Shown: in pieces, positions 28,677-34,712 of the stretch
Layout of the letters: each line of letters opens with the position of its first letter
How positions within the stretch are numbered: the first letter of the stretch is position 1
Assembly (NCBI GenBank): GCA_042216015.1
Contig: JBDGUI010000004.1
Location: forward strand, 35,393-70,104
Reading direction: 5' to 3'
Length of the DNA: 34,712 bases
Origin: Halodesulfurarchaeum sp.
Lineage (GTDB): Archaea > Halobacteriota > Halobacteria > Halobacteriales > Halobacteriaceae
The notes under the pieces: generated by a model
The model's input: only the letters and a program-made list of their open reading frames with translations
Told to the model about the DNA's origin: nothing
Database searches by the model: none
Translations under genes and position numbers: made by a program

Positions 28677-28710
28677 ACGTCGCTCGATTCGTGATGGAAC
28701 GTGTCACCAC

Positions 28711-28800
28711 GCGAAAAAACGGGGACAGGTTGGAGAAAACGGAACCAGCTTGGGGAAAACGGGGACAGATTGGGGAAATCGGAACCACCTGGGGGAAACG
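28711..28800. repeat. Tandem repeat, about 4.5 x 20 bp (ABAB)
   Basis: gcgaaaaaacggggacaggt / tggagaaaacggaaccagct / tggggaaaacggggacagat / tggggaaatcggaaccacct / gggggaaacg; adjacent to the katG stop. Confidence 0.85.
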
Positions 28801-28802
28801 CC

Positions 28803-31544
<2,742 letters not shown>

Positions 31545-31545
<1 letters not shown>

Positions 31546-32366
31546 TGTTCCCCGGCGCGAACGCGGATCGTGCGGAAAGCGACTTCGTGATCGTCGGGGC
31601 CCCACTCGACGTCTCCACGAGTTTTCAGCCCGGCACTCGCTTCGGCCCCGACCGGATCCGTCGCTTCGCGGCGGGATTCGAGGATTACGACCACCACACC
31701 GAGCAGCATTTCACCGACCTCCGGGTCCACGATCACGGCAACATTGAGGCGTGGAACGACGCGCGGGAGTACCTCGATTTCCTCGCCGGCACGCTCGGCG
31801 ACGTTCGGAGCGAGGGGTCCATCCCCCTCCTTCTCGGGGGCGAACACACGGTCACCGTGGCCGGCGTCGAGGCCGTGGACCCGGACGTGTTCGTCACGCT
31901 CGATGCGCACCTGGACCTCCGGGAGGAGCTGGGCGGCACCGAGTGGAGCCACGCGACGGTGACCAATCACGCCCTCTCCGTGGCGGATCGGGCGGTGATT
32001 CTCGGGGCGAGGGCCGGCAGCGAGGCGGAGTGGGACCGTGCCGAGGCGGCGGACGTCGCCGTCGTTCCGCCCGGGGACGTCGGGGACTGGACACCGGAAT
32101 TCGACGCCGAATCGGTCTACCTCAGCGTGGACATCGACGCCGCCGATCCCGGGGTCGCCCCAGGGACGGGAACGAAAGAACCGTTCGGACTCGGGTCCCG
32201 GGACCTCCGGCACGTCGTCGAGCAGGTGGCTCCGATCATGGACGGGTTCGACGTGGTCGAAGTCAACGATCGGGACGACGGCCAGGCAGCCACTCTCGGG
32301 GCGAAACTCCTCAGGCTGGCCGTCTTTCGATCGGCGGCGGGCGGATCGACCCGGAACTCTTTGTAG
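31545..32366 (+). CDS. speB: Agmatinase-like ureohydrolase
   Basis: TGATG overlap with aIF5A; PGTRFGP, GGEHTVT, DAHLD, SVDIDAADP, DVVE. Confidence 0.9.
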
Positions 32367-32387
32367 GAGCAACGCGATCGACCCGGC

Positions 32388-33155
32388 ATGCAAACCGATG
32401 AACTGTTCGACCGGCTGGACGAGGAACTGTCGATCGAGGACTACGCCGGGGTCGACGCGAGCGCGAACGGGCTCCAGGTCGGAACGACCGCCGGATCCAC
32501 GGAGCGGGTCGCCTTCGCCGTCGACGGCGTTCTCGCCACCATCGAGGCGGCGGCGGAGTGGAATGCAGACGCACTCATCGTCCATCACGGGCTTTCGTGG
32601 GGTGGAATCGAGCGGATCACCGGTCGGACCCACGATCGGATTGCCGCGCTGGTCGAGAACGGTATCGACCTCTACGTGGCCCATCTCCCCCTCGACGGCC
32701 ACCAGTCATTCGGCAACGCGGCGGGACTCGCCGACCTTCTCGATATGGGCAACCGGGCGCCGTTCGGGACACTCGGGCCGGTGACGATCGGGCAGCAGGG
32801 CTGGCTCCGACAACCGATGGGCCGGGGGGAGTTGCGATCGACCCTCGAGGACGAACTCGATCACGGCGGAGCCGGCGTCGACGTGCTCGACTTCGGTCCG
32901 GAGACGATCGAAACCGCGGCCATCGTCACCGGGAGCGGGACGGACTGGCTCGACGACGCGGCGGCCGCGGACGTCGACGCGTTCATCACCGGCGAGGGGA
33001 AGGGCAAACTCTATCACATGGCCCGGGAATCGGGCGTGAACGTGTTTCTCGGCGGGCACTACGCCACCGAGACCTTCGGCGTCGAGTCGCTGGCCGATCT
33101 GGTCGCGGAGTGGGGGCCGGAGACGACGGTCATCGGCGAACCGACCGGGCTCTGA
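32388..33155 (+). CDS. Nif3-like dinuclear metal-centre protein (YbgI/DUF34)
   Basis: NGLQVG, IVHHGL, AHLPLDGH, FITGE, GGHYATE. Confidence 0.92.
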   Translation: MQTDELFDRLDEELSIEDYAGVDASANGLQVGTTAGSTERVAFAVDGVLATIEAAAEWNADALIVHHGLSWGGIERITGRTHDRIAALVENGIDLYVAHLPLDGHQSFGNAAGLADLLDMGNRAPFGTLGPVTIGQQGWLRQPMGRGELRSTLEDELDHGGAGVDVLDFGPETIETAAIVTGSGTDWLDDAAAADVDAFITGEGKGKLYHMARESGVNVFLGGHYATETFGVESLADLVAEWGPETTVIGEPTGL

Positions 33156-33261
33156 GGCCCCGCCGGAACCACGTGTGAACTCTTTTTGCCGGAGATAGGC
33201 TCGAGACGTTCTCACAGCCGCCTCCCGAACGCCTTTGTGACCGTCTGCCGTGCGTGGATCC

Positions 33262-33387
33262 GTGCCAGCAGTTCCCACAACGGGCCCGGTCTGTCCGGCC
33301 TGCGACCGGGCGCTTTCCCGCCGACACTGCAAGTACGTCTGTCCGAACCACGGCGTCGTCTTCGACTGTTCGGATCCGTTCCGGTGA
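33262..33387 (+). CDS. Small Cys/His zinc-finger microprotein (HVO_2523-like), about 41 aa (not in the ORF track)
   Basis: Hand translation from GTG 33262 (alternative GTG 33250): MPAVPTTGPVCPACDRALSRRHCKYVCPNHGVVFDCSDPFR*. Confidence 0.72.
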   Translation: MPAVPTTGPVCPACDRALSRRHCKYVCPNHGVVFDCSDPFR

Positions 33388-33388
33388 C

Positions 33389-34363
33389 TCAGAGATCTTC
33401 GAGGACGCCCGCGACGATCAGCGGGAGCACCAGCGTGGCCTCGGCCTCGACCTGCGTGTGGTTCTTCTCGCCATCCTTGATCTTGCCCCACGAGACGGCC
33501 TCCTTCGGCGGCGCGCCCGAGAGCGAGCCATCGCCCTCCATCCCCGTCGAGACGTAAACCGCGTAGTCCGCGCCGCCGCGGAAGAGGTTGGTCATGATCG
33601 CCTGGTGCTTGGGCACCCCGCCGCCCAGCACGATCAGGCCGGTCTCCTCGGCCAGCAGGCCCTCGTCGATCAGCGCGTCGTAATCCTCGAGGATCTCGAT
33701 GCCGACCTCGGGGTCCTCGTTCTGCCGGTAGTAGTAGAGGAAGTTCCCCACCTCGGCGTCGGTGAGCGCCGGGCAGTACACCGGCACGTCGTTTTCGGCG
33801 GCCTGGACGAGCATCGAGTCCTCGTCCTCCATGCGCTCGCCGATCTCGCGGGAGAAGGCGGTGGGAGTCCGGATCTTCTCCTCGGCGAAGAAGTCGGGGA
33901 AGAAGTCGTTGAGGTAGGACTCGAGCCAGACGTAGCGGTCCGAGGGGACGAAGATGTTCCCGAGCCGATTGATCCCCTGCTCGCGCATTTTCCCCTCGTC
34001 GACGTCCCACTCGCCCATCTTGAACGGTTTTGCCGATTTGATGATGTCCTCGGTGATCGACCCGGAGGTGGTAATGAGCACGTCCACGAGTCCCTCCCGG
34101 ACCATGGCGGCGACGACCTCCCGCAGCCCGGAGGAGACGATGTTCGAGGTGAGGGTGAGATAGATCGTCGCGTCGGCCGCACGCATCTGTTCGATCAGGT
34201 CGATGGCCTCGCTGACGGCACTGGCCTGGAAGCCGGTCGTCGCGTAGCTGTCGAGCAACTCGCCCACGTCGAATTCGCCCCGGAAGTCATAGCCCCGGAC
34301 GTCGGGGCCGGAGAGGTTCGCTTTCGACCCCGGAACGACGTTGTCTCTGGTGTCCTCGGTCAT
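33389..34363 (-). CDS. dhs: Deoxyhypusine synthase
   Basis: Start ATG 34363. TGFQA, TSNIVSSGLRE, INRLGNI, CPALTD, GGGVPKH, DGSLSGAPPKEAVSWGKI. Confidence 0.95.
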   Translation of the reverse strand: MTEDTRDNVVPGSKANLSGPDVRGYDFRGEFDVGELLDSYATTGFQASAVSEAIDLIEQMRAADATIYLTLTSNIVSSGLREVVAAMVREGLVDVLITTSGSITEDIIKSAKPFKMGEWDVDEGKMREQGINRLGNIFVPSDRYVWLESYLNDFFPDFFAEEKIRTPTAFSREIGERMEDEDSMLVQAAENDVPVYCPALTDAEVGNFLYYYRQNEDPEVGIEILEDYDALIDEGLLAEETGLIVLGGGVPKHQAIMTNLFRGGADYAVYVSTGMEGDGSLSGAPPKEAVSWGKIKDGEKNHTQVEAEATLVLPLIVAGVLEDL

Positions 34364-34672
34364 AGTGAATGGGGCGGGACGCGGCGTAAAGAGTCCATCA
34401 CTTTCGATCCGGGAACAGGTCCGCCGGGACGCGGTCCAGTCGGTTTTCGGACCGGAGTTTGTTTTTTCCTCCGGGCCGAACGCCGAGGTGGCCGATGACG
34501 ATCCACCGGGCCGAGCCGGCATAGGCACCCGGCGATGACGAGCCCTATGAGTGCCGAGGCCCTACTTCCTACGTATGATTATGCGTGGGAAGCCTAGAAA
34601 CTTCCGATTTTTCCAGAGAAAAATGGACCTCCGTAGTATATCATCCGTCAGTAGCTTGACTGAGACTCTACG

Positions 34673-34712
34673 TCATTCCAAGCCCAGTTCCTCCATCAAT
34701 TCCTGATATCGG
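34673..34712 (-). CDS. Possible 3' end of a gene entering from the right edge
   Basis: Minus strand reads ...RYQELMEELGLE* ending at TGA 34673-34675; too short to be certain. Confidence 0.3.
   Translation of the reverse strand, partial: RYQELMEELGLE

Overview
GC-rich haloarchaeal (Halobacteria) chromosomal window, judged from acidic proteins and archaeal dnaG, aIF5A, cetZ and orc1/cdc6. The backbone is housekeeping: an SSS transporter operon, dnaG, DUF92, two cis-prenyltransferase subunits, pterin dehydratase, HAD hydrolase, moeA, katG, and aIF5A-agmatinase-Nif3-deoxyhypusine synthase. The most notable feature lies between the two cis-prenyltransferase genes: a co-oriented minus-strand block orc1/cdc6 > degenerate RadA-like > small helical protein > PolB2 > cetZ2. 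The orc promoter carries a perfect TTTCACTTTCA, the haloarchaeal UV/DNA-damage motif as I recall it, so this is a candidate damage-inducible archaeal 'mutasome' cassette with its own Orc1-type regulator. Also present are a three-gene MoxR-AAA/HExxH-vWA module, a RelE-type toxin-antitoxin pair, a frameshifted aminotransferase, two small genes missed by the ORF track, several intergenic minisatellites with alternating A/B units, two G10 tracts in divergent promoters, and the edge of a low-GC segment at the right end. No rRNA, tRNA, CRISPR array or transposase was recognised. Family names come from motif recognition and memory, not database searches.
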